Below are positions 1 to 10,138 of a stretch of 64,000 nucleotides of DNA, in pieces (within the stretch, counting starts at the first letter, position 1; every line of letters starts with the position of its first letter). Origin of the DNA: Deferribacterales bacterium. GTDB lineage: Bacteria; Chrysiogenota; Deferribacteres; Deferribacterales; Geovibrionaceae. Under the pieces are notes generated by a model that was not told the DNA's origin, searched no databases, and saw only the letters and a list, made by a program, of their open reading frames with translations. The position numbers were made by a program, and so were the translations under genes. The DNA is taken from assembly GCA_050253075.1 (NCBI GenBank), contig JBFWJS010000002.1, positions 32,001-96,000 on the forward strand, in the 5' to 3' direction.

Positions 1-2
1 CA

Positions 3-236
3 AGAGGCGAATATGACTTTGTAGTGGTTATGTATCACGATCAGGGACTTATCCCCGTTAAACTCGAAGCATTCGGAAATGCCGTGAATGTTACGCTGAA
101 CCTGCCTATAATAAGGACATCCGTAGACCACGGAACAGCCTTTGAAATAGCAGGAAAAGGTATCGCAGAACACAACAGCCTAATAAGAGCTACGGAAGTT
201 GCCGTAGAAATGGTGAAAAATGCTAGATCTGCTTGA
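3..236 (+). CDS. pdxA: 4-hydroxythreonine-4-phosphate dehydrogenase, 3' part (truncated by window start)
   Basis: MYHDQGLIP and [17 protein letters not shown] motifs; frame open back to window edge; upstream of rsmA as usual. Confidence 0.95.
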   Translation, partial: RGEYDFVVVMYHDQGLIPVKLEAFGNAVNVTLNLPIIRTSVDHGTAFEIAGKGIAEHNSLIRATEVAVEMVKNARSA

Positions 237-1023
237 GATATATAAAAAGGAATTCGGATTTACCAAAAAGAAATTCGGACAGCACTTCCTGACGAGTAAA
301 CAGTTCATCGACCTTATAGCACAGTCCCTTGCGGATGCAGAGTGTAAGCAGGTCGTAGAAATAGGCCCGGGGTGCGGAGTGCTCACCCTAGCCATGCTGG
401 AAAAAGGCGCAAAGGTCACATCCGTCGAGATAGACCCCGACCTCGCCGAGTTTCTCCCCAGATACCTTTTTATATACAAAGGCTTCAAAGTGATACACTC
501 GGACTTTATGCTTATCACGGAAGACCAGCTCCCCGAAGGGAAGGTAGCCTTCGCAGGAAACCTGCCGTATAACGTATCCGTAGACATACTGATGCACTGT
601 GTAAAGTTCTTTCATAAAATAGAAAAAATGACCTTTATGTTTCAGAAAGAGGTCGCAGACAGGATAAACGCAAAACCGAACACAAAGGAGTACTCCTCAC
701 TTTCTGTCATATCCTCTTACTTCTTTAATATGAAAAAGCTGAAGGATATCTCAGGCGGGCAGTTCTGGCCTAACACGAAGGTGCGTTCGACAGTGCTGGA
801 GTTTTACCCGAAGGAACGCTACTTCGACGTAGAGCGTGAGAAACGCTTCCTGGAAATGGTGAAAAAGTCCTTCATGATGAAGCGTAAAACTCTGCACAAC
901 AACCTGAAAGCCTACCCTAACCATGTGGAGGCTATGGAAAAAGCAGGGCTCGCATCAAATATAAGGGGCGAGCAGATGACCGTTGAGGATTTCATCAGGC
1001 TTTTCGAGGCGATAGATGCTTGA
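220..1023 (+). CDS. rsmA: 16S rRNA m6,2A dimethyltransferase KsgA
   Basis: [31 protein letters not shown] motifs. Confidence 0.96.
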   Translation: MLDLLEIYKKEFGFTKKKFGQHFLTSKQFIDLIAQSLADAECKQVVEIGPGCGVLTLAMLEKGAKVTSVEIDPDLAEFLPRYLFIYKGFKVIHSDFMLITEDQLPEGKVAFAGNLPYNVSVDILMHCVKFFHKIEKMTFMFQKEVADRINAKPNTKEYSSLSVISSYFFNMKKLKDISGGQFWPNTKVRSTVLEFYPKERYFDVEREKRFLEMVKKSFMMKRKTLHNNLKAYPNHVEAMEKAGLASNIRGEQMTVEDFIRLFEAIDA

Positions 1024-1633
1024 TACGCCATTTGATCAGCTCACTTTCACAGTTTTCGACACAGAGACCACGGGCATGTCCCCCGAAAAGGGAGCAAAGC
1101 TCCTTGAGATCGGCGCCGTAAAGGTGAAGCCAGGGCTGGTGCTCGACCTTCAGGATACTTACTGCACACTGATAAACCCTGAGGCACCGATACCGTACAA
1201 CGCATACGCCGTACACGGCATCAGCACTGCAATGGTAGCGGACAAGCCTGTGATAGATGAAGTTCTCCCTGAGTTCTTTGACTTTGCACAGAATACCGTG
1301 ATAGCTGCCCACAATGCCAGATTCGACTGTTCGTTCGTCGCACACCAGAGCGCAGAATGCTATATATACAACCCTCTGCGCAGGGTGATAGATACCGTAA
1401 AACTGGCTCGCAGTGCTCACTCAGGGCTGAAAAGCTACTCTCTGGGCAACCTTATACATCACTTCGATATGAAGATACCACTACCCGACACTTACAGGCA
1501 CAGGGCGCTTTATGATGCTGCCCATACTGCACTTTTGCTCACTATATGCTTAAAAAAGCTAGCAGAACAAGACATATGCACCATCCGTCATATGACTAAA
1601 CTATCTAAGTCGCCTGTTTATCGTTGGGAATAA
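1016..1633 (+). CDS. DEDDh 3'-5' exonuclease (DnaQ/PolC-exonuclease-like)
   Basis: ExoI FDTETTG, ExoII AHNARFD, ExoIII HRALYDA. Confidence 0.9.
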   Translation: MLDTPFDQLTFTVFDTETTGMSPEKGAKLLEIGAVKVKPGLVLDLQDTYCTLINPEAPIPYNAYAVHGISTAMVADKPVIDEVLPEFFDFAQNTVIAAHNARFDCSFVAHQSAECYIYNPLRRVIDTVKLARSAHSGLKSYSLGNLIHHFDMKIPLPDTYRHRALYDAAHTALLLTICLKKLAEQDICTIRHMTKLSKSPVYRWE

Positions 1634-1646
1634 TCCTAGAAAATTC

Positions 1647-1675
1647 TTGCAATTATATATGAACAGTTTTAGAAT
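1647..1675 (+). promoter_or_regulatory. sigma70-type promoter for accD operon
   Basis: TTGCAA-N17-TAGAAT. Confidence 0.6.
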
Positions 1676-1726
1676 TGAACCAACCAATACGGGTATGTGT
1701 CATACCTATAAACAAGCGGAGTCGTT

Positions 1727-2575
1727 ATGGGAATCAGAGATTTTCTTGCTGAAAAGATACAAAAAGTAAACGTAATCAATAATAGAAAAGAGATAGATGA
1801 AAACCTTTGGATGAAGTGTACAGCGTGCGGTGAGGTCAATTATCACCGTGAGGTGACAAACCACCTGAGCACTTGCCCTAGATGTGGCAAACACTTCATC
1901 ATCACTGCTCAGCAGAAGATAGACATCATCGTCGACAAGGGCTCCTTTCAGGAGATGGATGCCAGCCTCAGGTCTCTCGACCCGCTGAAATTTAAAGACA
2001 GCAAAAAGTATCCTGACAGGGTAAAGGCTGCCACTAAAAAAACTAAGATGAACGATGCATTCCTTTCCGGTATCGGACGCATAAACGGAAAACCTGTGCA
2101 CATCGGCGCATATGAGTTCAACTTCCTCGGCGGAAGTATGGGCAGTGTCGTCGGTGAAAAGATAGTGCGTCTTATCGAGAGCGCCATAAAAAATAAACAG
2201 CACGTCATAACTATAAGCTGCTCAGGCGGAGCGAGAATGCAGGAGAGCATACTCTCCCTTATGCAGATGGCAAAGACATCCGCAGCACTAGTTAAACTGC
2301 GCAAGGCAGGACTCGCACACATATCACTGCTCACAGACCCGACTACAGGCGGCGTTACAGCCAGCTACGCTATGCTCGGCGACGTTAATATCGCAGAGCC
2401 GGGATCGCTTATCTGTTTCGCAGGGCCGAGAGTTATCGAGCAGACAATCCGCCAGACCCTCCCAGAGGGCTTTCAGAGAGCTGAATTCCTCCTCGAGCAC
2501 GGCATGGTGGATATGGTTCTCCCTAGAAGCGAGTGGAAGACCACCCTTTCTAAACTTCTGGAATTCTTCGGCTGA
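1727..2575 (+). CDS. accD: acetyl-CoA carboxylase carboxyltransferase beta subunit
   Basis: LWMKC..C Zn finger, GGSMGSVVGEK, SGGARMQE, PTTGGVTAS, FAGPRVIEQT. Confidence 0.97.
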   Translation: MGIRDFLAEKIQKVNVINNRKEIDENLWMKCTACGEVNYHREVTNHLSTCPRCGKHFIITAQQKIDIIVDKGSFQEMDASLRSLDPLKFKDSKKYPDRVKAATKKTKMNDAFLSGIGRINGKPVHIGAYEFNFLGGSMGSVVGEKIVRLIESAIKNKQHVITISCSGGARMQESILSLMQMAKTSAALVKLRKAGLAHISLLTDPTTGGVTASYAMLGDVNIAEPGSLICFAGPRVIEQTIRQTLPEGFQRAEFLLEHGMVDMVLPRSEWKTTLSKLLEFFG

Positions 2576-3711
2576 TGCCAAAGCTGTCTTTTGAATCCTA
2601 CTACAGCGAAAGGGGCGAATTCAATAATCTGGAATTCACCATGGACAGGATAGAAAAAGCCGCAGAAGAAGCAGGTATCTCAGACAACATTGCAAAACAG
2701 ACGGTACACATCGCAGGCACCAACGGCAAGGGGAGCACTGCGAACTTCATAGACCAGATACTATCCCACAGAGGACAAACCACCGCCTGCTTTACGTCTC
2801 CCCATATAAAAAGTGTGACGGAAAGGATAAAGCTGAACGGCGAAAACATCTCCGACGATGAATTCAACAGCACCTTCGACAGTGTCAAACACCTGATAGA
2901 TAAATACTCTCTCAGCTATTTCGAAGGGCTCACGCTTATTGCCTTTAAATACTTTTCAATGAATATGCCCGATGTCGCCATAATTGAAACAGGACTCGGC
3001 GGCAGACTCGACGCCACAAACATCCTGAAAAAGAAGATCCCTGTCATCACCAGCATCTCAAAAGACCATGTGGAATACCTCGGAGACGACATACTAAAGA
3101 TCACCGATGAGAAGATCGCTATTGTGCAGAACAACCTGCTCATATTCGTCGGCGACAATACTGAATACCTGAACAAGTATTTAGATTATAAACTTCACTC
3201 TAAAACAATCATACGTGCCACATATTCTGATGAACCTTATATGGGCTTTGGGCAGCCATTTGCAAACAACCTCAGGCTGGCAGAAAGTGTTTGCGACCTC
3301 ATCGTAACAGGCGATATGCCCGAGAAGCTCACCCTGCCCCAGTGCAGAGACGAGCGCATCGGCAGGTTCATACTGGACGGCGCACATAACGAAGATGCCC
3401 TGAATAAACTGGCGGAAAGATATAAGGATGCGAAACCTATCGTCATTTTTTCATCCACATCAGACAGGAACACGAAGGAGCTGATGGGAATAGTCGAGAG
3501 TTTCGCTCAGAAAGTGATACTGACCACCATACCTTTCAGCGAGAGAAGTATTAACCTAAACAACATATCTACCAATAATATAAAGGAGGAGTCACCTGAC
3601 AAAGCAGTGAAAATAGCCGTTGAACTTAACGAAAATGCTGATATACTCGTATGCGGTTCGCTTTATCTCTGTGCACACATCAGAGAAATACTGTCTAAAG
3701 GTATATTGTGA
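2575..3711 (+). CDS. folC: dihydrofolate/folylpolyglutamate synthase
   Basis: HIAGTNGKGS P-loop, FTSPH, ETGLGGRLDATN, LDGAHN, CGSLYL; follows accD. Confidence 0.93.
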   Translation: MPKLSFESYYSERGEFNNLEFTMDRIEKAAEEAGISDNIAKQTVHIAGTNGKGSTANFIDQILSHRGQTTACFTSPHIKSVTERIKLNGENISDDEFNSTFDSVKHLIDKYSLSYFEGLTLIAFKYFSMNMPDVAIIETGLGGRLDATNILKKKIPVITSISKDHVEYLGDDILKITDEKIAIVQNNLLIFVGDNTEYLNKYLDYKLHSKTIIRATYSDEPYMGFGQPFANNLRLAESVCDLIVTGDMPEKLTLPQCRDERIGRFILDGAHNEDALNKLAERYKDAKPIVIFSSTSDRNTKELMGIVESFAQKVILTTIPFSERSINLNNISTNNIKEESPDKAVKIAVELNENADILVCGSLYLCAHIREILSKGIL

Positions 3712-5897
3712 AAAGACTTCTACTTATATTAATCCTTATCTCCTACAGCGCTTATGCAGAAGTGCCTTTCACCATTGAGGCGGACACATTTGAAACGCCC
3801 GAAGAATCTGTTTATCACGCAAAAGGCAACGTAAAAGTCTTTCAGGGTGACAAAACACTCCTGGCAGACGAAATCTATTATTACAAAGATAAAAACAGCA
3901 TACACGCTTTTGACAATGTAAAGCTGATGGAACCGGGCAAAAATATCACCTGTGACGAAATGGAATTCAACGCTGACGATCAGTCAGGCACATTTATAAA
4001 TGCCAGTGCTTTTATGGAGCCTTACCACTGGTTTTCTGCTTCGAAGCTGGACAGACATAACGAATATTCCTACGGGATGGAAGACGCAAGATATACCACC
4101 TGCAGCGGGGAAAATCCCGACTGGGCTTTTAAGGCAAAACAGGCAGACCTCACCGTCGGCGGATATCTCACATCAAAGCACACCACAGGCAGGATAAAAG
4201 ACATCCCCGTCTTTTACACTCCTTACTTTATATATCCTGTAAAAACTGAGAGGGAATCAGGTCTGCTTATACCTGAATTCGGAATGAACGGAGACGCGGG
4301 TGTTTATTTAATACCTAAGTTCTTCTGGAACATAGACGTAGATCAGGATGCCACTTTCGGCGTTGTCGCTGCTTCTAAGCAGTCGCCTTTATACATCGTA
4401 GAGCACAGATATACCCCGAGCTCTAGAGAAAATATGTATACCTATGCGGAATACATCAATCAGGAAAGAACTCACCCTGATGCGGGAGCTGCAGGTGTAG
4501 AAAATGATAGCAAAAGCGGAAGATTCCTTCTGTATAACGAAGGTAATCTGGATCTTTCGGATGATTTATCATTTTATTCATACATAAAAACATTTTCAGA
4601 TTCTGACTACGTAGACGATTTCGATAAATACAGCCCGCTGGATGAATTTGAAGAAAAGAACGATATATATAACTCCAGTCTTAGTTTGATATATCGCACA
4701 ACATACACAGACCTATACCTCAGATATATTGACGAACTGGAGTATAGTGACAGCAGCCACTACATAAAAGAGCACACTTACTACAAGCCCTCGCTCACGC
4801 TGTATAAAAACATCACAACAACACCTATATATTTGAGTTATAACATTAATTACAGCGATATAAGATATACTAAATATGCATATTTAGAAAGCAACAACAC
4901 AAAATCTGTGACCGACTATTCATATAAACGAGAACACCTCAGCTTCAAGTTTTACAGACCTTTCAACTTATACGTAGCCACTTTCACGCCGTCTATCGAG
5001 CTGCTTAAAACTAGATGGCATGACATGGACAACAGTCTGGCAGACATTCAGGAATATAGAAACTCCACATACTCTAAGCTGCGTGTAAATGACGACGAAG
5101 CATACAGAGACACTTACATCTTCAGACACACTCTTGCATTTAATGAAATATATAAGAACTATGAACACTTTAAACACTCTATCTATAATACTTTCACATA
5201 CAGCCAGTCCCCTTATATAGACGAAACCAGCATCCCGGACATAGCCAGCTATGACAGGATAGAGCAAGTAAGAAACTATAGATATAAGCTGGAAAACTTT
5301 TTCACTGGAAGCGACTGGAGACTTATACTCGGCAACACCTATGTTTATAATCAGATAAACGAAGCTGACGACAACGATACCCACATAGGAGAGATACACT
5401 TCTCCTATAAAAACTTCTGGGCTAATATGAAGCATGAATTTGACCTTGTAGACCATGACGACGAATATTTTTATTCTAAAGTAGCATATAATTATGCGCC
5501 CTTTGAGGTAAGCGCCTACTACGAATTTGATAAAGAAGAATACACGGGTGCATCAGGTGATAAAAACACATCTGCAAACTTTACATTGAAATATGTGTCT
5601 GATAGGTATGACATCGGCTACACAAGAGAGATATCAGGCCGTAACCCGGTAATGACCACGGCAAATATGAGCGATATATCGGACTCGATCGATATTACAT
5701 ATAAAAGCGAGTGCTGGAACTTTACAGTCACACTCGAAAAAGAAACGGACCCAAGCGATGATGACTATACCAAAAAAGGAGATACTAACTATTCTATTAT
5801 GTTTATGTTCTCCCTTAAAGGCCTGGGCGCATCAGACCACGGATACAGAGGGTCTCGCGACTACTTGGATAATAAGGATAATGAAGATGAAATTTAA
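3708..5897 (+). CDS. lptD: LPS assembly outer-membrane protein LptD
   Basis: signal peptide, OstA-like N-domain (AKGNVKV..L.ADEI), YTTC, PVFYTPY, RESGLLIP, C-terminal Y.SECW and FSLKGLG. Confidence 0.88.
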   Translation: MKRLLLILILISYSAYAEVPFTIEADTFETPEESVYHAKGNVKVFQGDKTLLADEIYYYKDKNSIHAFDNVKLMEPGKNITCDEMEFNADDQSGTFINASAFMEPYHWFSASKLDRHNEYSYGMEDARYTTCSGENPDWAFKAKQADLTVGGYLTSKHTTGRIKDIPVFYTPYFIYPVKTERESGLLIPEFGMNGDAGVYLIPKFFWNIDVDQDATFGVVAASKQSPLYIVEHRYTPSSRENMYTYAEYINQERTHPDAGAAGVENDSKSGRFLLYNEGNLDLSDDLSFYSYIKTFSDSDYVDDFDKYSPLDEFEEKNDIYNSSLSLIYRTTYTDLYLRYIDELEYSDSSHYIKEHTYYKPSLTLYKNITTTPIYLSYNINYSDIRYTKYAYLESNNTKSVTDYSYKREHLSFKFYRPFNLYVATFTPSIELLKTRWHDMDNSLADIQEYRNSTYSKLRVNDDEAYRDTYIFRHTLAFNEIYKNYEHFKHSIYNTFTYSQSPYIDETSIPDIASYDRIEQVRNYRYKLENFFTGSDWRLILGNTYVYNQINEADDNDTHIGEIHFSYKNFWANMKHEFDLVDHDDEYFYSKVAYNYAPFEVSAYYEFDKEEYTGASGDKNTSANFTLKYVSDRYDIGYTREISGRNPVMTTANMSDISDSIDITYKSECWNFTVTLEKETDPSDDDYTKKGDTNYSIMFMFSLKGLGASDHGYRGSRDYLDNKDNEDEI

Positions 5898-6912
5898 GCT
5901 TTTAGCAGCGATAATGATATTAATGATAACAGCGACATCATATGCATATGTGATCAGAGGTACAGCCACCGAACCTGTAATGGATAAAAACATAGTAAAT
6001 GCCGACGAAAAAGCCAGAGAAAACGCACTTCTCGACGCTTTGAAGAATTATTTCGGCAGGCTGAAGTCCATACAGCCAGACAAAGAGATCCCCGATGTCA
6101 CCACTGAGTTCTTTAAATTTATCAGAAGCTATAAGATAGCAGAACGTAAATATGAGAACGATAACGTCATCTATACTGTTCTGGCCGATGTGGACGACGT
6201 CGCCCTTAACGACCTTACATATTTCGTAAGAAACGCTGTTAATACAATAGTATACAATATCAAGGGAGTCCCTGCGGAAGGCGACATCTTTGAAAAAATA
6301 GATAAGTCATTTGCCGAATATAAATTTGACACTAAATACCAGTCAGAATATCAGGCAAACCTGAAAGAGCACTCCACTGAGAGCGAAAGATATGACACAT
6401 ACCTGAAAGGGTCTGCCCAGTATTATATGGAAATGGAAGTGCTGCGTGAGCCCGCCGGCGACAACCAGTGCACAGCTATCCTCAGCACCCAGACATTCTC
6501 TAAGACAAAAGAGTTCCAGACGCTGAAGACAAAGAGCTCTGCCGAAGGTGAGGATGACGACGAGTGCATCCAGAACGCCATAAATCTTTCCATAGTGAAG
6601 ACGCTCGGCTATGTGCGCAGTAACTTTATCCCGCTCCCTAGCGGAGAGCATGTACTCAGCACATTTAAGCTGACATCAGTCAACTATGACAACTTTGCAA
6701 CACCAAAGAAAATAATGGACGAACTGCAGAAAAGATCGTTCATAAACTCTTATAAGATCATCAGCTTCGCAGGGAACAAGCTGGATGTCGAGGTCACAAC
6801 CTATGTAGATATAGACGTCCTGCTTAAAAAGCTGCAAAGCATTGAATTGGAATATAATTTTGATGCTTCTAAGCAGGAACAGAACAATATTTTGCTTGAT
6901 TTTACAAACTAA
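5887..6912 (+). CDS. exported hypothetical protein
   Basis: MKFKLLAAIMIL..SYA signal peptide; overlaps lptD stop; start moved from 5758 to 5881/5887 (AAGGA upstream). Confidence 0.8.
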   Translation: MKFKLLAAIMILMITATSYAYVIRGTATEPVMDKNIVNADEKARENALLDALKNYFGRLKSIQPDKEIPDVTTEFFKFIRSYKIAERKYENDNVIYTVLADVDDVALNDLTYFVRNAVNTIVYNIKGVPAEGDIFEKIDKSFAEYKFDTKYQSEYQANLKEHSTESERYDTYLKGSAQYYMEMEVLREPAGDNQCTAILSTQTFSKTKEFQTLKTKSSAEGEDDDECIQNAINLSIVKTLGYVRSNFIPLPSGEHVLSTFKLTSVNYDNFATPKKIMDELQKRSFINSYKIISFAGNKLDVEVTTYVDIDVLLKKLQSIELEYNFDASKQEQNNILLDFTN

Positions 6913-6924
6913 GAGGCTTAATCT

Positions 6925-7920
6925 TTGCTGATGATAGAGCAGATACTTGAGGACGTAAAACCTAAACGGAAAGTCCTCATACTTACACACAATAACCCTG
7001 ACCCCGATACCATAGCAGCTGCACAGGGGATGAAGTACATCCTCAGCAAAATGCTTAAAAAAAGATGCACTATTGCGTATCACGGTATCATCGGTCGAGC
7101 AGAAAACAGAGAGCTTGTGAAGGCGTGCCAGATAGACATGTATCTATCCACAAAGCTCAATTTCTCCAGATATGACTATCTTATAGTAGTGGATACACAG
7201 CCTAAAGCAGGCAACGTATACATACCAAAAGGATTCAATGCGAATCTTTCGATAGATCATCACAACTTTCGAGTGAGCACAAAGCAGATAAAGCTTTACG
7301 ACGTACGCCCGCACGCAGGCAGCACAAGCACCATCATAGCAGAATACATGAAGGCGATAAACCTGCAGCCTGATGCAAACACGGCGACGGCACTTTACTA
7401 TGGGATAAAGACAGACACCGTCGGTTCGGGGCGCTCAAGCAATAACCAAGACCTCGAAATGATGGCGTATATTTTCCCTAACCTGTCTCTGAAAAAGCTT
7501 ACCCGTATTGAAAACCCAGAACTTCCGCGTTACTATTACAAGAACCTGAGAAAAGCATTGGACTGCACCGAGATAATGGACGACATAGTTTTCTGTAATC
7601 TAGGGGATGTACGCAATGCTGACCTCATAGCTGAAACAAGCGACTTCCTGCTGAGGATGCGCGATGTGAAGTGGACTTTTGTCATAGGTAAAATAGAATC
7701 CAATGGATACTTTTCACTAAGGGCAAAGTCTGCTAGAATGAAAGTAGGTAGGATAGCAATGAGCCTTGTCAAAGGACTGGGCACCGGCGGGGGACACATG
7801 AAATCTGCCGGGGGGCAGATAACCCTTGAAGGTAAATGCTATGAAGATGTCGTAAACCTTATAAAAGCCAGACTTTTAAAGAAAGCGGGCTTTAAAGGCG
7901 AAGACATCAAAAAGATTTGA
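6925..7920 (+). CDS. DHH/DHHA1 family phosphoesterase (NrnA-like)
   Basis: THNNPDPD, VVDT, IDHH, GIKTDT, GGGH..AGG motifs. Confidence 0.9.
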   Translation: MLMIEQILEDVKPKRKVLILTHNNPDPDTIAAAQGMKYILSKMLKKRCTIAYHGIIGRAENRELVKACQIDMYLSTKLNFSRYDYLIVVDTQPKAGNVYIPKGFNANLSIDHHNFRVSTKQIKLYDVRPHAGSTSTIIAEYMKAINLQPDANTATALYYGIKTDTVGSGRSSNNQDLEMMAYIFPNLSLKKLTRIENPELPRYYYKNLRKALDCTEIMDDIVFCNLGDVRNADLIAETSDFLLRMRDVKWTFVIGKIESNGYFSLRAKSARMKVGRIAMSLVKGLGTGGGHMKSAGGQITLEGKCYEDVVNLIKARLLKKAGFKGEDIKKI

Positions 7921-7944
7921 CTTATTAAAAGAGATGAATATACT
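7917..7944 (+). promoter_or_regulatory. sigma70-type promoter for rubredoxin-fprA
   Basis: TTGACT-N16-TATACT upstream of AAGGAGG RBS. Confidence 0.5.
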
Positions 7945-7969
7945 CTTAATATGAAATAAGGAGGCACAA

Positions 7970-8131
7970 ATGAAGTATGTATGTACAATATGCGGTTGGA
8001 TCTATGATCCTGAAGTAGGTGATCCTGACGGCGGCATCGATGCCGGAACTAAGTTTGAAGATATTCCTGATGACTGGGTCTGCCCTGAATGTGGTGTAGG
8101 CAAAGACAGCTTTGAACCATACGAAGATTAA
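7970..8131 (+). CDS. rubredoxin (53 aa, absent from ORF track)
   Basis: hand translation [53 protein letters not shown]; two CxxC; AAGGAGG RBS. Confidence 0.97.
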   Translation: MKYVCTICGWIYDPEVGDPDGGIDAGTKFEDIPDDWVCPECGVGKDSFEPYED

Positions 8132-8138
8132 TAACTAC

Positions 8139-8164
8139 AAAGCCACCTACACGGTGGCTTTTTT
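8139..8164 (+). terminator. intrinsic terminator-like hairpin between rubredoxin and fprA
   Basis: AAAGCCACC-TACAC-GGTGGCTTT followed by further Ts. Confidence 0.7.
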
Positions 8165-8179
8165 CAATCTGGAGGCGAA

Positions 8180-9388
8180 ATGGAGGCAACTCTATTAAAA
8201 AAAGACATCTACTGGGTCGGTGTTAAAGACCCTGAGCTCGAAATTTTCGACATAGTTATTCCTACTGAATACGGAACAACATACAACAGCTACCTTGTCA
8301 AAGGTACAGAGAAATGCGCTCTTATCGAAGCGAACAAACTTAATTTCAAAGACGAATACATCCAGCGTATAGAGCAGATAATGCCTATCAAGGATATTGA
8401 TTATATAATACTGAACCACAACGAGCCTGACCATTCAGGCGCTCTCCCTGCCCTGCTTGACATCAAGCCTGACATGGAGGTCATTTATTCCAAGACAGCT
8501 AAAACATTCGTAGAGAATATCGTAAACAGAGACTTTAACGGACGCGCAGTGGGTGACGAAGACGTTATTGACCTCGGCGGTAAGACTCTCAGGTTTTTCC
8601 ATACACCTTTCCTCCACTGGCCGGACACTATGTTCACCTATCTGGTGGAAGACAGCATCCTCTTCCCCTGCGACTTCCTCGGCGCACACTACTGCCCCAG
8701 CGAAGAAACTCTGCTGAACTCAGAGCTCAAAAGGAAAGACGAAGCAAAGGAAGCATTCAAATTCTACTACTCTATGATCATGCGCCCTTACAAAGAGCAC
8801 ATACACAAAGCTCTGCAGAAGATAGGCGACCTGAAAATAGACATGGTATGCCCGTCCCACGGACCAATCCTCGTGGAAGACATCGACTTCTACATGGATT
8901 TTTACAAGACATCGGCTGCCAGATATTACAAAAACATGGTAAACAGACAGGTCACACTTGTCTTTGCCACAGCATACGGAAACACTAAGAAGCTCGCCGA
9001 TGCCATAACAAAAGGCATCGAAGAAGTAGGCGTAAAGGTCGAAGCCTTCGACTGTGCGACAACAGACGTCATGACCATGATAGACTCCATAGAGATCTCC
9101 CACGGGGTTCTCATCGGTACACCGACTCTGAACGCAAAAGCTCCGCACCCGATACTCGACCTCTTCTCGTTCTTCGTAGTGCTGAATGTAGTAAACAGGC
9201 TGGGCGGATGCTTCGGCTCATTCGGCTGGAGCGGTGAAGGCGTTAAGGTCTCCGAAGACATCATGAAGAGTATGCGCATGAAGCTGCCTCTTCCGTCTTT
9301 TAAGGTGAAGATGACTCCTTCCGAGCAAGAGATAGAAGAAGCGTACCAGTGGGGACGCGACTTCGGAATGAACATTCTCGAAAACTAG
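8180..9388 (+). CDS. fprA: flavodiiron protein (FprA/Roo, O2/NO reductase)
   Basis: GTTYNSYLV, HNEPDHSG, HWPDTM, CPSHGP, flavodoxin domain (TAYGNT, FGSFGWSGE). Confidence 0.94.
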   Translation: MEATLLKKDIYWVGVKDPELEIFDIVIPTEYGTTYNSYLVKGTEKCALIEANKLNFKDEYIQRIEQIMPIKDIDYIILNHNEPDHSGALPALLDIKPDMEVIYSKTAKTFVENIVNRDFNGRAVGDEDVIDLGGKTLRFFHTPFLHWPDTMFTYLVEDSILFPCDFLGAHYCPSEETLLNSELKRKDEAKEAFKFYYSMIMRPYKEHIHKALQKIGDLKIDMVCPSHGPILVEDIDFYMDFYKTSAARYYKNMVNRQVTLVFATAYGNTKKLADAITKGIEEVGVKVEAFDCATTDVMTMIDSIEISHGVLIGTPTLNAKAPHPILDLFSFFVVLNVVNRLGGCFGSFGWSGEGVKVSEDIMKSMRMKLPLPSFKVKMTPSEQEIEEAYQWGRDFGMNILEN

Positions 9389-9401
9389 AGGCTCATTATA
9401 T

Positions 9402-9460
9402 GTCATACTGAGCGGCAGCGAAGTATCTGGAAACAGATTCTTCACTCCGTTCAGAATGAC
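9402..9460. repeat. CGTC-type palindromic extragenic repeat, copy A
   Basis: GTCATACTGAGCGGCAGCGAAGTATCT-ggaaac-AGATTCTTCACTCCGTTCAGAATGAC. Confidence 0.8.
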
Positions 9461-9471
9461 GGTTATAAAAT

Positions 9472-10104
9472 ATGGACTATTCATACTGGCTTATATTCTT
9501 TTCTGCTGCTTTCGCACTTTGCATCTCTCCTGGTCCTGATCTGCTGTATATAGCGTCTAAGACCACGGCACAGGGAGCAAAGAGCGGCGTTTATGCATCC
9601 GCAGGGGTGTGTACCGGTGCGTTTGTCCATGTGTTTGCCGCCGCATTCGGTATCTCTGCCATTCTGGCGGCTTCTGCTGCTGCTTTTACGGCGGTTAAGA
9701 TCATAGGAGCACTCTACCTCTTCTATCTCGGCATAAAGGCTCTGCTGGCTAAAAAAACCGAAGAGAATGAGGAAGTACACATCCGCAAAACATCATCAGG
9801 ATGGAAAACATATAAGCAGGGCGCACTGATAGACATACTGAACCCGAAGGTCAGCATATTCTTCATGGCTTTCCTGCCGCAGTTCGTAAGGGCAGACCAC
9901 GGATCTACTGCCTATCAGCTAGTATATCTTGGATTTCTGGTGATACTGACGGGCTTCATCGTTGAACTGGCCATAATATTCACCCTGTCGAAGGCAACAG
10001 CCCTCTTCAGAGGTGACGGTAAATATGCCGTGATAGCCGAAAAGGTTCTAGGTATGGTTCTGATAGGGCTGGGCATACGCCTTGCACTCACCACCCAGAA
10101 ATAA
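9472..10104 (+). CDS. LysE/RhtB family amino-acid exporter
   Basis: ISPGPD, GALYLFYLG, LNPK..FF.AFLPQF motifs. Confidence 0.92.
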   Translation: MDYSYWLIFFSAAFALCISPGPDLLYIASKTTAQGAKSGVYASAGVCTGAFVHVFAAAFGISAILAASAAAFTAVKIIGALYLFYLGIKALLAKKTEENEEVHIRKTSSGWKTYKQGALIDILNPKVSIFFMAFLPQFVRADHGSTAYQLVYLGFLVILTGFIVELAIIFTLSKATALFRGDGKYAVIAEKVLGMVLIGLGIRLALTTQK

Positions 10105-10133
10105 AAAAGCCCCCGCCTTTTGAAGACAGGGGC
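10103..10133 (-). terminator. intrinsic terminator of MATE gene (convergent with lysE)
   Basis: minus strand GCCCCTGTCTT-CAA-AAGGCGGGGGC-TTTTTT. Confidence 0.75.
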
Positions 10134-10138
10134 ATTCA

